Assembly (NCBI GenBank): GCA_964514585.1
Contig: CAZETU010000007.1
Location: 1-36,324, forward strand
Length of the DNA stretch: 36,324 nucleotides
Source of the DNA: Candidatus Woesearchaeota archaeon
Lineage (GTDB): Archaea; Nanobdellota; Nanobdellia; Pacearchaeales; GW2011-AR1
Reading direction: 5' to 3'
A program made the position numbers and the translations under genes. The notes under the pieces are model-generated. The model had not been told where the DNA came from and searched no databases. It worked only from the letters and a program-made list of their open reading frames with translations. The first letter of the stretch is position 1; each line of letters opens with the position of its first letter. Below, in pieces: positions 15,998-26,318 of this stretch.

Positions 15998-16070
15998 AGC
16001 CTGACACGGGGATCAAACCCGCGACCTCTACATTACCAATGTAACGCTCTATCAACTGAGCTAATCAGGC
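15998..16070 (-). tRNA. tRNA-Thr(GGT)
   Basis: Cloverleaf: GCCTGAT/GTCAGGC acceptor, GCTC/GAGC D-stem, TT-GGT-AA loop, T-loop TTTGATC, discriminator U. Confidence 0.92.
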
Positions 16071-16126
16071 AGCAACAATAATATTTCTTCCCCTAAATTT
16101 ATAAACTCTTCTAACGCAAAAACTTA

Positions 16127-16618
16127 ATGGAAGAAAATGAAAAAGAAAACGAAATAGACTTCGAAGAAGTCTACAAAGAATTGAAAGAAAAATATAGCTT
16201 GCCAGACTACGAAAAACTCTCAGAAGACTTCGACATCGAAAAAATCCCAGACAAAGAATCAAGCTACCCAATGCGAGAAATCCGCAGAATCATCAACGAA
16301 AAAATCTCAGCATACCTCCACCTATTCGAAACCCTAATCAACCCAAGCTCGCCCCCAATGTTCGTCTTCTCAATCCTAAGAAACGTCACCCAAGAAGAAA
16401 AGGACACAATCAAATCAGTCTACCAAAAACTCTCAAAAATCCAAATCGAAATCATGAAACTTGACACAATCTACTCAAAAGAAAAAGAAGCAGAGTTCAT
16501 CAAAACAACCTTCAAAGAATGGCAAGACCTCAAGCCAACAATTTACAAAGTCGTTGAAACCTTCGAAAAAACCTTCGAAAAAGAAGACACTTCAAAAGAA
16601 AGAGGATATTTCGGATAA
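16127..16618 (+). CDS. Hypothetical helical protein
   Basis: 163-aa ORF, native codon bias, TATA at 16098. Confidence 0.75.
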   Translation: MEENEKENEIDFEEVYKELKEKYSLPDYEKLSEDFDIEKIPDKESSYPMREIRRIINEKISAYLHLFETLINPSSPPMFVFSILRNVTQEEKDTIKSVYQKLSKIQIEIMKLDTIYSKEKEAEFIKTTFKEWQDLKPTIYKVVETFEKTFEKEDTSKERGYFG

Positions 16619-18259
16619 CTAAAACAACCCTTCCAAATCAATCTCCAAAGCAACCATCGGCATCTTAATCTTCCAGTTCTTCAAAACCCTCGGCGCAATT
16701 TCCCCAATAAAACCAATCTCATTACCATCAACAATAATCTTCCCACACCGACCAATTATATAATTCGAATTCTCAACATTCTCAATCTCGTACTTCACAT
16801 CAAGCATCTTAAATAAATAATCCAATACCTGTTTTAACTCAGTAAAATTAACTCCCTCATCCGCCATCGAAATCGCCAACCTCTCTATCTCTTTAACGCC
16901 AGTCTCAGACTCCTCATCATCAGCAAAAACTCTACCCATTTCAAAAATCTTCTGAGGATACGACGCATCAGAATTCTCCGCAGAAATCTGCAACAAGTTC
17001 GTCAACAAATCCATTCTCAAAACATCTCGCTCAGTCTTACTGTCCTCAACCTCAATAAATTCCTTATAATCAAAATGCATCTTCTTAATATTCTTCTTAG
17101 TCGTCAAATGAAAAGATGAAGTCTCCAATAACCCAAGCCCAGCCAGAACCTGTCCAATAGTCCTCTTAGTCCTCTCCCTAGAATCCTCACTAGCAATCGT
17201 AGAAATACTAGGAATCTCAGGAACAAAATTATCATAACCATAAGCAATCGCAACTTCCTCAGCCAAATCAATCCAATGCAAAACATCCATCCTATAAGCC
17301 GGAATCAAAGCAACAGGCCCACCATCATTCTCATATCCAACACCCATCCGCGCCAAATAACCCCTAACATCCTTCTCACTCAAACTTATCCCAAGCGTCT
17401 TCTCAATATCTTCAATCTTAAACTTCATTTTTTCAGGCGTCATATCAGGTGTAACATAATCCCCAGCAGAATCCTTAACTTTCATAGAATAAATCTTTCC
17501 CCCCATCTCAGTAAAAACCGAAACAATAATATTCAAACACTTTTTCAAATAAGCCAAATTATGCCCACTACACTCAATAAAAATATCTTTCGTCCCTTCA
17601 TCAATCCGCCCAGTCTTTTCCGAATTAATAATCGGCGGCATCGACAAAACCTCATCATCAGCATCAACAAAAATAGGAAACACATCAGCGTCCTCTAATA
17701 AGTGAGCATATTCGCGACCTGCCGGATGCCCTCTCAAAATCTGTCGCCCGGTCATTTCCTTATGAGCCTCCAGTGGCAAAAACTTAATCTCTTCAGGGCG
17801 CTTAGCTAAAAACCGAATCGGCAACTTAATTTTGTCCAAAGGATAAATCCCAATCGCAATCTTCCGCCTCTTTCGCCCAATCGAATTATGCAATTTCTCT
17901 TGAATATCAACAACCTCCTTAATCTTTTCATCATCAAACTTCAAACCCTTAATAATCGCACACGCAGTAAACGGCCGAACAACCTTCACCGACTTATCAA
18001 TCCTAACCTCATAATCTTCCTCAGGTTCATTAATCTTAAAATTAGCAACCTTAGCTTTCTCCCCAAACTGATTCACAGCCCTAGCAAAATTACCAGCCGA
18101 CAACAAATCAGGCCTATTAGGAAAAATCTCAACAGACAACTCAGCATCACTAACCTCCTCAATCGGCGTTCCCATATCAGTAATCCGCTTCTCCATCTCT
18201 GGACTAATCTTCCCAACCTTCTTCTCAAATTCCTTTTTATCAACAGTCAATATTGTCAT
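16619..18259 (-). CDS. pheT: Phenylalanine-tRNA ligase beta subunit
   Basis: PNRPDLLS, QEKLH, SMPPIINSEKT, YRMDVLHWIDLAEEVAIAYGYD, FEMGRVF. Confidence 0.95.
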   Translation of the reverse strand: MTILTVDKKEFEKKVGKISPEMEKRITDMGTPIEEVSDAELSVEIFPNRPDLLSAGNFARAVNQFGEKAKVANFKINEPEEDYEVRIDKSVKVVRPFTACAIIKGLKFDDEKIKEVVDIQEKLHNSIGRKRRKIAIGIYPLDKIKLPIRFLAKRPEEIKFLPLEAHKEMTGRQILRGHPAGREYAHLLEDADVFPIFVDADDEVLSMPPIINSEKTGRIDEGTKDIFIECSGHNLAYLKKCLNIIVSVFTEMGGKIYSMKVKDSAGDYVTPDMTPEKMKFKIEDIEKTLGISLSEKDVRGYLARMGVGYENDGGPVALIPAYRMDVLHWIDLAEEVAIAYGYDNFVPEIPSISTIASEDSRERTKRTIGQVLAGLGLLETSSFHLTTKKNIKKMHFDYKEFIEVEDSKTERDVLRMDLLTNLLQISAENSDASYPQKIFEMGRVFADDEESETGVKEIERLAISMADEGVNFTELKQVLDYLFKMLDVKYEIENVENSNYIIGRCGKIIVDGNEIGFIGEIAPRVLKNWKIKMPMVALEIDLEGLF

Positions 18260-18519
18260 TTTTCTTTCTCCTTAAGGTATTTATTCAATCTCTCCTTAAC
18301 CATTTCATCCTTAACATATAAATCAAGTAGAAGTTTCAAATCTGCCAATTCTTTATCTAACTCATATTGCAAAGCTTCCTTTGACATAGGTAAGACAGCA
18401 TGATTTTTTGTCATCTCAAATTTCTGTTTACATTCCACTAAATGTTGATAGATTCCAAGACTCAAAAAATAATCGTTCTGCCATTCTGCCATAATTTTAT
18501 TTTTAATTTCTTCTTCCAT
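18256..18519 (-). CDS. Small helical protein, probably a degenerate MazG-like NTP pyrophosphohydrolase
   Basis: Only the second acidic motif is clear (KELADLKLLLDL); overlaps both neighbours. Confidence 0.5.
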   Translation of the reverse strand: MEEEIKNKIMAEWQNDYFLSLGIYQHLVECKQKFEMTKNHAVLPMSKEALQYELDKELADLKLLLDLYVKDEMVKERLNKYLKEKEK

Positions 18520-18824
18520 TATTCTAATTTAAATCTTTCATTTATTTTTTTAAATTTTCTTACAACTGCTTCTTCCAAGTCTATACCATTATCGCTCGCA
18601 ATTACAGCAGTCCTAGATATAACGTCCACCAATTCATCAGCAAGATATTCCTTTCTAAATTCTCCTCGATAATTTGATTGTTTCTTAGACAACTCCCTCG
18701 CCACTTCCCCAATTTCTTCAACCAAACTTAGAATCATACCTCCTACATCGTGTTCAACATCAGATTTTTCATTTATCTTTTCTAAAATTTCAAAAGATTG
18801 TTTTTGCATTTCACTTATCTCCAT
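18519..18824 (-). CDS. MazG-like nucleotide pyrophosphohydrolase
   Basis: EEIGEVARE…ADELVDV…IDLEEA. Confidence 0.85.
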   Translation of the reverse strand: MEISEMQKQSFEILEKINEKSDVEHDVGGMILSLVEEIGEVARELSKKQSNYRGEFRKEYLADELVDVISRTAVIASDNGIDLEEAVVRKFKKINERFKLE

Positions 18825-19150
18825 TAATAACTCCTCCCCTTAATCTTCTCAATTTTCTTCTCAATGATATCTTCAATATCAACACCAAGTCTTCTGCCGG
18901 TTAAAAAAGTTGATATAATAATATCTACAAGTTCTTCTTCCATATCTTTCTTTACCGTCTCAGGATTAATCATTTTATCTTTTCTTTGCCACCCATAAAT
19001 TTTCAAAAATTCATTTATAAATTCCCCATACTCTTCACCAATCTTAAGAGCCCTCGGAAGTATCAATTCTTCATTAGTTTTCCCACTAGCTTTCTCAACC
19101 CTCTTATTCTCCCAATCCGAAAAATCAACTATCTCTCCAACTTCCATCAT
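18824..19150 (-). CDS. MazG-like nucleotide pyrophosphohydrolase
   Basis: GEEYGEF…EEELVDII…VDIEDII; ATGA overlap with the pheS stop. Confidence 0.8.
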   Translation of the reverse strand: MMEVGEIVDFSDWENKRVEKASGKTNEELILPRALKIGEEYGEFINEFLKIYGWQRKDKMINPETVKKDMEEELVDIIISTFLTGRRLGVDIEDIIEKKIEKIKGRSY

Positions 19151-20655
19151 TTCCTCCAAACCTTCATCTCTCGCAATTTATTTATATCGTTCTTATACAT
19201 ATCCCTCAAATCAGTCAACCCAAAAAATTCCATAATTATCCTATCAAATCCCTGACCCCAAGCAAGAACAGGAATATGCCTCCCAAACATCGGAATCGTA
19301 ACCTCAGGCCTAAACATCCCAGCCCCACCAAGCTCAACCCATTTCTTATGAACAGGATGAAAAACATCAATCTCCAACGACGGCTCCGTATACGCAAAAT
19401 ACCCAGGACGAACCCGAATCTTCTCATACCCCATCTTCTTATAAAACTCAGTCAAATATCCAATCAACTGCCGAAAATTAGCATCCTCATCAATCACAAT
19501 TCCCTCAGTCTGATTAAACTCAAATCCATGCGACCAGTCCACAGTTTCGTTTCTAAAAACCTTCCCCAAAGCAAAATACTTAGCCGGAAATTCCTTATTC
19601 TCCGCAATCTCCTTCAATTTCTTCACAGACAAATTAGTAGTATGTGTCCTAAGCAAAACCTTCTTCGCTTCATCCTCACCCCAAGAAGCCTGCCAACCTT
19701 TACTCCCATCAATTCCCCCTTCATGCGATTTCTTAATCTGCTCAACAACTTTCTTATCCGGCAACTTCGCCATCTTATCCTTCAAATAAAAAGTATCTTG
19801 TTCTTCTCTGACCGGATGATCCTGCGCTGTAAACAAAGCATCAAAAACCCAAAACCCACTATCAGTCAAATCCCCAGTCATTTCCTTAAATCCCATCTCC
19901 GTCCAAATCGACTTCGCGTAATCCATAGCCTGATTCGTAAAATGCCTCTTTCCTCCATAAACTCGTGGAACAGGGCTAGTCAAATCATATCGCCTAAACT
20001 TCTTCCCCTTCCAAGTATTCTGCTTCAAAATCTTCGGAGTCAAAGCCTCGAGTAAATTATCATCAAGATTAGATCCAGCAATCTTCTCACCCAACGCAGT
20101 CAACTTCACGCCCAAACTCTTCTGCTCCTCAACCTCAACAATATCCTTCCGCTTTTTCAAATTACTCAAAGCCAAATTATCCTGTGGCTCAAGCGCATCC
20201 AAATCCATCGGCAATTTCTCCATAAAAACTTCCTCCAACATCTTATTAGAAATCTCCTCAGGCTTAGCACTCAAATTTACACGCCCCTCCTTAATCTCAA
20301 CAAGTGCTTTCTTCTTCAAAGTCCCAAGAGCAATCTTCGCCTCATTCTCATTCAACCCACAAACATTCTTAATTTCCCCAATAGGAATAGCCTTTTTCTC
20401 AGCCAACTTATTCAAAAAAGTTCTCTCCGGTAACTCCTTCTTCAAGTAATTGATTCCCAAAATCCCCAAAATAACAACCTTCTTCTCACTGCTCTCAACC
20501 TCAACCAAACCTTTATTCTTCAAAAAACCAATAGCCCTAATAGCAGTAGTCTTATCTTCACCAATCTCATCAACACTAATAAATTCCTTGCTCAAAGCCG
20601 GCAAAATAGCCCTTTCAATCGGAGACAAAGACTCAATAATCAACTTTTCGTCCAT
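19147..20655 (-). CDS. pheS: Phenylalanine-tRNA ligase alpha subunit (archaeal type)
   Basis: FDALFTAQDHPVRE, LRTHTT, VFRNETVDWSHGFEFNQTEG, YFAYTEPS, ELGGAGMFRPE. Confidence 0.95.
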   Translation of the reverse strand: MDEKLIIESLSPIERAILPALSKEFISVDEIGEDKTTAIRAIGFLKNKGLVEVESSEKKVVILGILGINYLKKELPERTFLNKLAEKKAIPIGEIKNVCGLNENEAKIALGTLKKKALVEIKEGRVNLSAKPEEISNKMLEEVFMEKLPMDLDALEPQDNLALSNLKKRKDIVEVEEQKSLGVKLTALGEKIAGSNLDDNLLEALTPKILKQNTWKGKKFRRYDLTSPVPRVYGGKRHFTNQAMDYAKSIWTEMGFKEMTGDLTDSGFWVFDALFTAQDHPVREEQDTFYLKDKMAKLPDKKVVEQIKKSHEGGIDGSKGWQASWGEDEAKKVLLRTHTTNLSVKKLKEIAENKEFPAKYFALGKVFRNETVDWSHGFEFNQTEGIVIDEDANFRQLIGYLTEFYKKMGYEKIRVRPGYFAYTEPSLEIDVFHPVHKKWVELGGAGMFRPEVTIPMFGRHIPVLAWGQGFDRIIMEFFGLTDLRDMYKNDINKLREMKVWRK

Positions 20656-20685
20656 GATAATAAATAGATTCAACCTTTTTAAGAT

Positions 20686-22428
20686 TTAGTAAAGCAACTT
20701 ATGAATATCATTCAAATGCCTCATATGTTCTTTTTTGGCCTTCTTTAAATCAGCTTTCTCAGAATGAATTATACGCGCTAACTCCTGGCCAGCAACAACC
20801 TTCGGCGTAATTACAAAATCAGCCCCGTTCTCATATAAAGTCAACGTCTCACTAATTCTAGAGCCAGTCACAACAACTTTTATCCTAGGATTAATAGCCT
20901 TGATTTTCTTCAATGCATGCAAATTCTCATCATAACCAGGCACGGTACAAATCACCAACTTCAATTTCTTAAGATTAATCTTACTCAAAAGATCAGGACT
21001 ACAAATATCACCATAAATACAAGAAATCTTATTCTTAATCAAAGACGCAATCACCTCAGGATTATAATCAATAATCAACAACTTATCTCTTTTCTTCATC
21101 AACTCCTTCAACAAAACGCCCCCCATTCTATGCGCTCCAATCAAAAGAATCTCCTTGTCAGCCTCGTCAACATATTCCAAATCCTCCTTAATCGGCAAAA
21201 ACTTAAAAAGTGCCACAGGATATTTGAAAACATTATATATCTGATCCTTGTAATTAATAAAATAAGGAGTCATTGACATAGTAATAATCGTAGCCAAAAT
21301 CACAGTCGAGAAAATCGACATATCCAAGACTCCAAGAGAAAGACCAAGCGCCCCAATTATCAAAGAAAACTCAGACAATTGAGCCAACGAAATAGAAGTC
21401 AAGAAACTAGTTCTAGGGCGGTACCCAGTAAATCGAAGCAAGATAGTCGTTATAACGGGCTTAATAAAAAACGCTCCAATCAAAAGCATTGCAAGTAAGG
21501 CCAACCTCTGACCAACACCAGTAAACACAATCTGCATCCCCAAAGCTACAAAGAAAAGAATAGCAAAGAAATCCCTCAAAGGAGAAATCCTAGATTCCAA
21601 CTCCGTCTTAAAGGGAGAGTTAGCCAAAGAAACACCGGCGATAAAAGCTCCAATAACAATTGAAATCTCAGCAATGTAAGCAAGAATAATAAACAAAAAC
21701 AAAACCGCCAACGACAACAAAAACAACATCTCAGTCGATTGCGCAGCAAGTCTAAACATTTTATTCAAAACATATTTCTGAAGAACCATAGCCAAAATAA
21801 GAATCCCGGCTAACTTAGCAAAAGCAAAAAACAAAGGAGCAACCGCAAACCCACTCGTCGTAAAAACAACAATAGCAATAATAGCCACCAAATCCTGCAA
21901 TAATAAAATTCCCAAAACAAGCCTACCATGAAGCGTCACTAACTCACCCTTATCAGCCAACAACTTAATATCAACCATCGTAGAGCCAAACGCCAAAATA
22001 ATACCAATATAAGCCGCCTGCAATGAAGTCAAATCCAAAATCCCCTTAAACAAAAACACAATAGCAAACACAACTATAATCTGAAACGTCCCAATCAACG
22101 CTATTTTCTTCAAATTAGCTTCCTTAATTTTCTTAAAACTTATCTCAAGCCCCGCGATAAAAAGCAAGAGAGCTATTCCCATTTCACTAAAAGCCAAAAT
22201 CAATTCCTGATTCTTAATAAAACCGAAAACTAAAGGCCCAATAATCAAACCAGTCAAAACATAAGCCGGAATCAAAGGTTGTCTCAAAGCCTTAGCAATA
22301 AAAGCCAACACAGCAGAAACAATCAAAATTACAGCAATATCAAAAATTATCGCCTCACTCCCAGAAAGATGAGCAATTTGGTTACCAATATCAGAAACCA
22401 TCCCCACTGCATAACCACTCACCGCCAT
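20686..22428 (-). CDS. CPA2 cation:proton antiporter (Kef-like) with a C-terminal TrkA-N/RCK domain
   Basis: Multiple TM helices, LLQD motif, QLSEFSLII, IGAHRMG nucleotide-binding fold. Confidence 0.88.
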   Translation of the reverse strand: MAVSGYAVGMVSDIGNQIAHLSGSEAIIFDIAVILIVSAVLAFIAKALRQPLIPAYVLTGLIIGPLVFGFIKNQELILAFSEMGIALLLFIAGLEISFKKIKEANLKKIALIGTFQIIVVFAIVFLFKGILDLTSLQAAYIGIILAFGSTMVDIKLLADKGELVTLHGRLVLGILLLQDLVAIIAIVVFTTSGFAVAPLFFAFAKLAGILILAMVLQKYVLNKMFRLAAQSTEMLFLLSLAVLFLFIILAYIAEISIVIGAFIAGVSLANSPFKTELESRISPLRDFFAILFFVALGMQIVFTGVGQRLALLAMLLIGAFFIKPVITTILLRFTGYRPRTSFLTSISLAQLSEFSLIIGALGLSLGVLDMSIFSTVILATIITMSMTPYFINYKDQIYNVFKYPVALFKFLPIKEDLEYVDEADKEILLIGAHRMGGVLLKELMKKRDKLLIIDYNPEVIASLIKNKISCIYGDICSPDLLSKINLKKLKLVICTVPGYDENLHALKKIKAINPRIKVVVTGSRISETLTLYENGADFVITPKVVAGQELARIIHSEKADLKKAKKEHMRHLNDIHKLLY

Positions 22429-22462
22429 AAAAAACTATAGACAATCCCTTTTATAAATTCTT

Positions 22463-23023
22463 TCAAAACCTAACACAATCCCGACTCTGTTCACTAGACA
22501 TCCCGAGGCTAATCCCAAACGCCACTCGCCCCTTCTCATCAACTACAGAACCTTTCTCCGTCGTCAAACTAGCAATTTTCAAACCGCAACCAACCTTCCG
22601 ACAAATCTCAATATTCTGAATTATTTTCCCAATCCGCAAAGCCCTCTCCTTCCCTTTTAAATTAGCAACTTCAGAAAAATCAACAACAAAAGAAACACCC
22701 TTCTCTTTAGCAACTTTAGCAACAACATGATTAATCCCAGAATCTCTTTGTTTCAAAGTATCCCTCGAAACATTCTTTTCAGGCGAAATCAAATAATCAA
22801 TTCTAAGAGTCTCAATAGCCCGACGATTAAAAGAATCATCCCTACCAACAAACCCGATTTGTTTTCCAGAACCTTTCAAAGAATCAATTATCCGCCTAGT
22901 TTCTTTTTCCGAAGACTCAATCAAATATCCTTCACAAGTATCACTACTCAAAACCTCAGCCTTAGATTTAATCCTCTTTAGATAAATCGAATCACAGGCT
23001 TTAAACAAATTAATATCTTTCAT
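22463..23023 (-). CDS. RNase P protein component Rpp30-like
   Basis: GINHVVAKVAKEKGVSFVVDFS, QNIEICRK, FGISLGMS pattern of the Rpp30 C-terminal half. Confidence 0.65.
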   Translation of the reverse strand: MKDINLFKACDSIYLKRIKSKAEVLSSDTCEGYLIESSEKETRRIIDSLKGSGKQIGFVGRDDSFNRRAIETLRIDYLISPEKNVSRDTLKQRDSGINHVVAKVAKEKGVSFVVDFSEVANLKGKERALRIGKIIQNIEICRKVGCGLKIASLTTEKGSVVDEKGRVAFGISLGMSSEQSRDCVRF

Positions 23024-23047
23024 AAATCAAAATAACAAATCAACTAT

Positions 23048-25243
23048 TTAAGAATATTCATAAGCCCCAATATCCCATTCAGAACTCTGCGGTCTTTCAT
23101 TCCCCTCATAATCAACCGAAATATTAATCCCATACAAATCATAAAAAGTCTGATAAACATCACTCACAATTCCCATATCAATCGCTGGGCCTCCCGCCTG
23201 TAACCTGAAATCACCATTAACAGCATCCACAAACAGAGGATCATCATTAGAACAATTAATACATGCAACATTAGAGTCCATTGAATCTTGAAATAAATTA
23301 TTTGAAACAATAGCATTGTTGGCATAACTAGAATCAGCCAAAGTAATATGAGGTATCACTCCCGGAGAATTTAAGCTACCAAAAATATTATTCACAATCA
23401 TTGCAACATAAGAAGAGCCACTAGAATCAATTCCCCCACCCACATTATACATAGTATTCCCAACGAAAGAAACATCCCTAGAACTCCAAGTAGCAAAAGC
23501 CTCCTCCCCCACATCATAAACAATATTTCCAATATAATATAGATCATCACGGCAATTACTTACAGCACCTGCCCGTCTCTCAGCATTATACATTTCATTA
23601 TAAAGAAACCAAACCCTATTGGGCCCAGCAGCAGTCCCTCCATAATGTGCAACAGTAATGGTGCCATCCGCACTAGGATTATCAAGTTGATTATAATTAT
23701 GCATCACATTCTGAGAAACAACAATATCTTCAATATTCTTTATGTCAACCGCATTCTCCCCATCATCATGCATCTCATTTCTCCCAATATACACATGATG
23801 AATAGAACCATCTGGAGCAGAATGTCCTCCTTGAAACGCATCCCCTCCATTATGATGTATATGATTATCTACAATCCAAATATAACTCGCATTACGTCCA
23901 GAACCAGTACCATGCCGGTCATTTTCTCCAGTATAAGAATAATTCCCATTATGATGTATATGATTATTATAAACAACAATATTGTCATGCTGATTATATC
24001 CCATACTCACACCAGCTCCACCAGAGGTTGTTCCATCCCCCTCTATCTCACAATTTCTAACCGAAAGATGATGAACGTACCCATCATTAGGATCTCTAAA
24101 ACTCACACCAGCATCATATGTAGAAATATCTTCTAAAATAATATATTCACCAAGAACATAAATAGTTCTCGTAAATAAAGGACCCCCCACTCCCCGCACA
24201 AATATCGGCATGGCAGCGGTTCCCGTTCCTTGTGCATAAAGTTTGTCCGCATAATTTGCAGAATTATAAGAACCCCCATGAATTTCGACAACAGATCCAG
24301 CAATCAAGCCTACTGGTATCTCACACAAAGGATCTCCCTCGGTCCCATTTCCCCCATCATCACACACTCCCTAGTTATCAACATAATGCGTATAAAAACC
24401 ACCCTCGCTATTTTCAACATAAGTCAAAGCAGGATTTCGATTTGAAACATTATCATACATTCGATAACTCTCCTCAATCCCAAACTCAGGAACAGGAATC
24501 CCAATCGGCGCCTCCCAATTCCCCGAAACAACAACACAACCCTGCGACTCATCAGACTTATTCTCCTCGGTACCACAATCATTCAAATCAACACAAGTCC
24601 GAGTCTGTGTCCCAACAACACAACTACTCCAACCACCACAACTCCAATCCTCAGTACAATTCGTCTCATTCTCCACACTCTCATTCTCATCATCAACAAC
24701 AGGATCAACAACAGGCGTCACCGTCGACGAACTCCCACCACCACCAGGTACAGAAGAAACAGGAGCAGAAAAACCACCCTCGGGATTAAGTGAATCCAAC
24801 TCAGTCTCCTTAACATTTCCATAATTAATCTCGCTAATAACCTCGCCAATCTTCCCACCCCAAAAAACAGGAACCAACTTTATCGAATCCAGCTCCCCAG
24901 AATAATTACTCAAATTAACATAATACACCTTCTTAGAATTAACCGCCAAAATATCCCCAACATAATGAACCACACTATCTCCCCCCATCGTAAAAATCAA
25001 ACCAAACCCAATCACATCAGCCTCATCAGTCCCCCGCTTAACTTGCACCGAAACCAACCGACTATTCTCATCCCAAGAAGTATAACCCTCATTAGAAACA
25101 ATACTCAAATCGACTTGCTCATTTAATACATCCAAATTATCATTAACAACCGGAAAAAGAAAAGTCCAAATGATTGATACCGACGCTATTATCAACAAAA
25201 CTATCAAAACCGTCGTAACAATACTTGACATTCCCCTTTTCAT
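23048..25243 (-). pseudogene. Surface protein (class III/pilin-like leader, Cys-rich linker, right-handed beta-helix, choice-of-anchor-like end) split by an in-frame TAG at 24371-24373
   Basis: ORFs 24371..25258 and 23048..24367 are in the same frame, separated only by TAG GGA: …THYVDN*GVCDDGGNGTEGDPLCEIP…; MKRG|MSSIV leader; IHHNG repeats; WDIGAYEY end. Confidence 0.75.
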
Positions 25244-25273
25244 AATCCATGAACACAAAAAGAGTTTTAATAA

Positions 25274-25957
25274 TTATCCTTCAATCAAGGTTCCGCCAAA
25301 ATTCTTCTCACCCTTCAAAATCTTATCAATCGACCCAAGCGATCCAACAATATACGCAGGAACTTTCTCCTTCAAAATCGTCTTAGCCGCAGTCTGATCC
25401 AAAACAAAATGCTGTCCAGCCTCAAACTTTATCTTACTAGTTATCTTCTCAAAATTCTTCCAAGACATCTTAGAAATAAACTTCGCCTTCTTATTCTTAT
25501 TTGGATCCGCAGTATAAAGCCCCTTAACATTTGTCAAATTAATAAAAGGACATTTCAAAAACGCAGCTAACTGAGCCGAAGTCCCGTCTGAAGTATTCTT
25601 ATCCCCATACCTAAGCCCCCCGCAAAAAACAATCTGATTCTTCGCAAGCAACCTCTTCACCTTTTCCATATTCCTAGGAATTTCCTCATTTGCCCGTCGA
25701 CCAAAAAACTTCGCCATAAACCCAGCATGCAACCGAGTCACAGCAATCCCCGTCATCGACTGATCCTTAGTGTCTTTTCCAAGTTTCCTAAGTGCCACAA
25801 TATATTTCCTAGCAGTAGAGCCCCCACCAGTCACAGCCACAAATTTCTGAGAAGGATGTTTCACAATAAGTTTCTTAAACCGTTTCAAAAATTCGTCATC
25901 AACCTCATCAGGCACAATCCTAGAACCACCAAGACTAATCACCCACACCTTCTTCAT
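25274..25957 (-). CDS. pyrH: UMP kinase
   Basis: ISLGGS, VTGGGSTAR, TSDGTSA, TNVKGLYTADP. Confidence 0.92.
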   Translation of the reverse strand: MKKVWVISLGGSRIVPDEVDDEFLKRFKKLIVKHPSQKFVAVTGGGSTARKYIVALRKLGKDTKDQSMTGIAVTRLHAGFMAKFFGRRANEEIPRNMEKVKRLLAKNQIVFCGGLRYGDKNTSDGTSAQLAAFLKCPFINLTNVKGLYTADPNKNKKAKFISKMSWKNFEKITSKIKFEAGQHFVLDQTAAKTILKEKVPAYIVGSLGSIDKILKGEKNFGGTLIEG

Positions 25958-26032
25958 ACACTCTAAAAATCAATTCCATTTAAATATCTTTGGCAACAGA
26001 AAAAAATATTAAGTACAATAACCTATAATATT

Positions 26033-26317
26033 ATGGAAATCCAGAGAGATTCATCATCAAGAGATCTTGCCTTAAGTTTAGGTGATTTCTTAGGTGACTC
26101 CAAAAAAGGCGGAATCCCAAATACAGTTTCAGAGGATACTGTAATCTATATTGTTGCAGGTGTCCGGTTCACTGCCAGATTTTTAAATACAGGTTATTGC
26201 GACGTGTCATTCGACAGAAAAGAAGAAGATCCAACAAAAATGAAAATTCCATATAAAAAATCAGGCAATGCAGATTGGAAAATTTTTATTAAACGAGCCT
26301 ATTCATTAGCGAGTTAA
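26033..26317 (+). CDS. Orphan hypothetical protein
   Basis: 94-aa ORF filling the gap between pyrH and DUF357; non-native codon usage. Confidence 0.55.
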   Translation: MEIQRDSSSRDLALSLGDFLGDSKKGGIPNTVSEDTVIYIVAGVRFTARFLNTGYCDVSFDRKEEDPTKMKIPYKKSGNADWKIFIKRAYSLAS

Positions 26318-26318
26318 T

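Noticed and set aside
3311-24373. Stop-codon reassignment explaining the in-frame TGA (RT) and TAG (surface protein)
   Set aside because: TGA ends purL and pheS and TAG ends scpA at their expected C-termini, and no core gene has internal stops.
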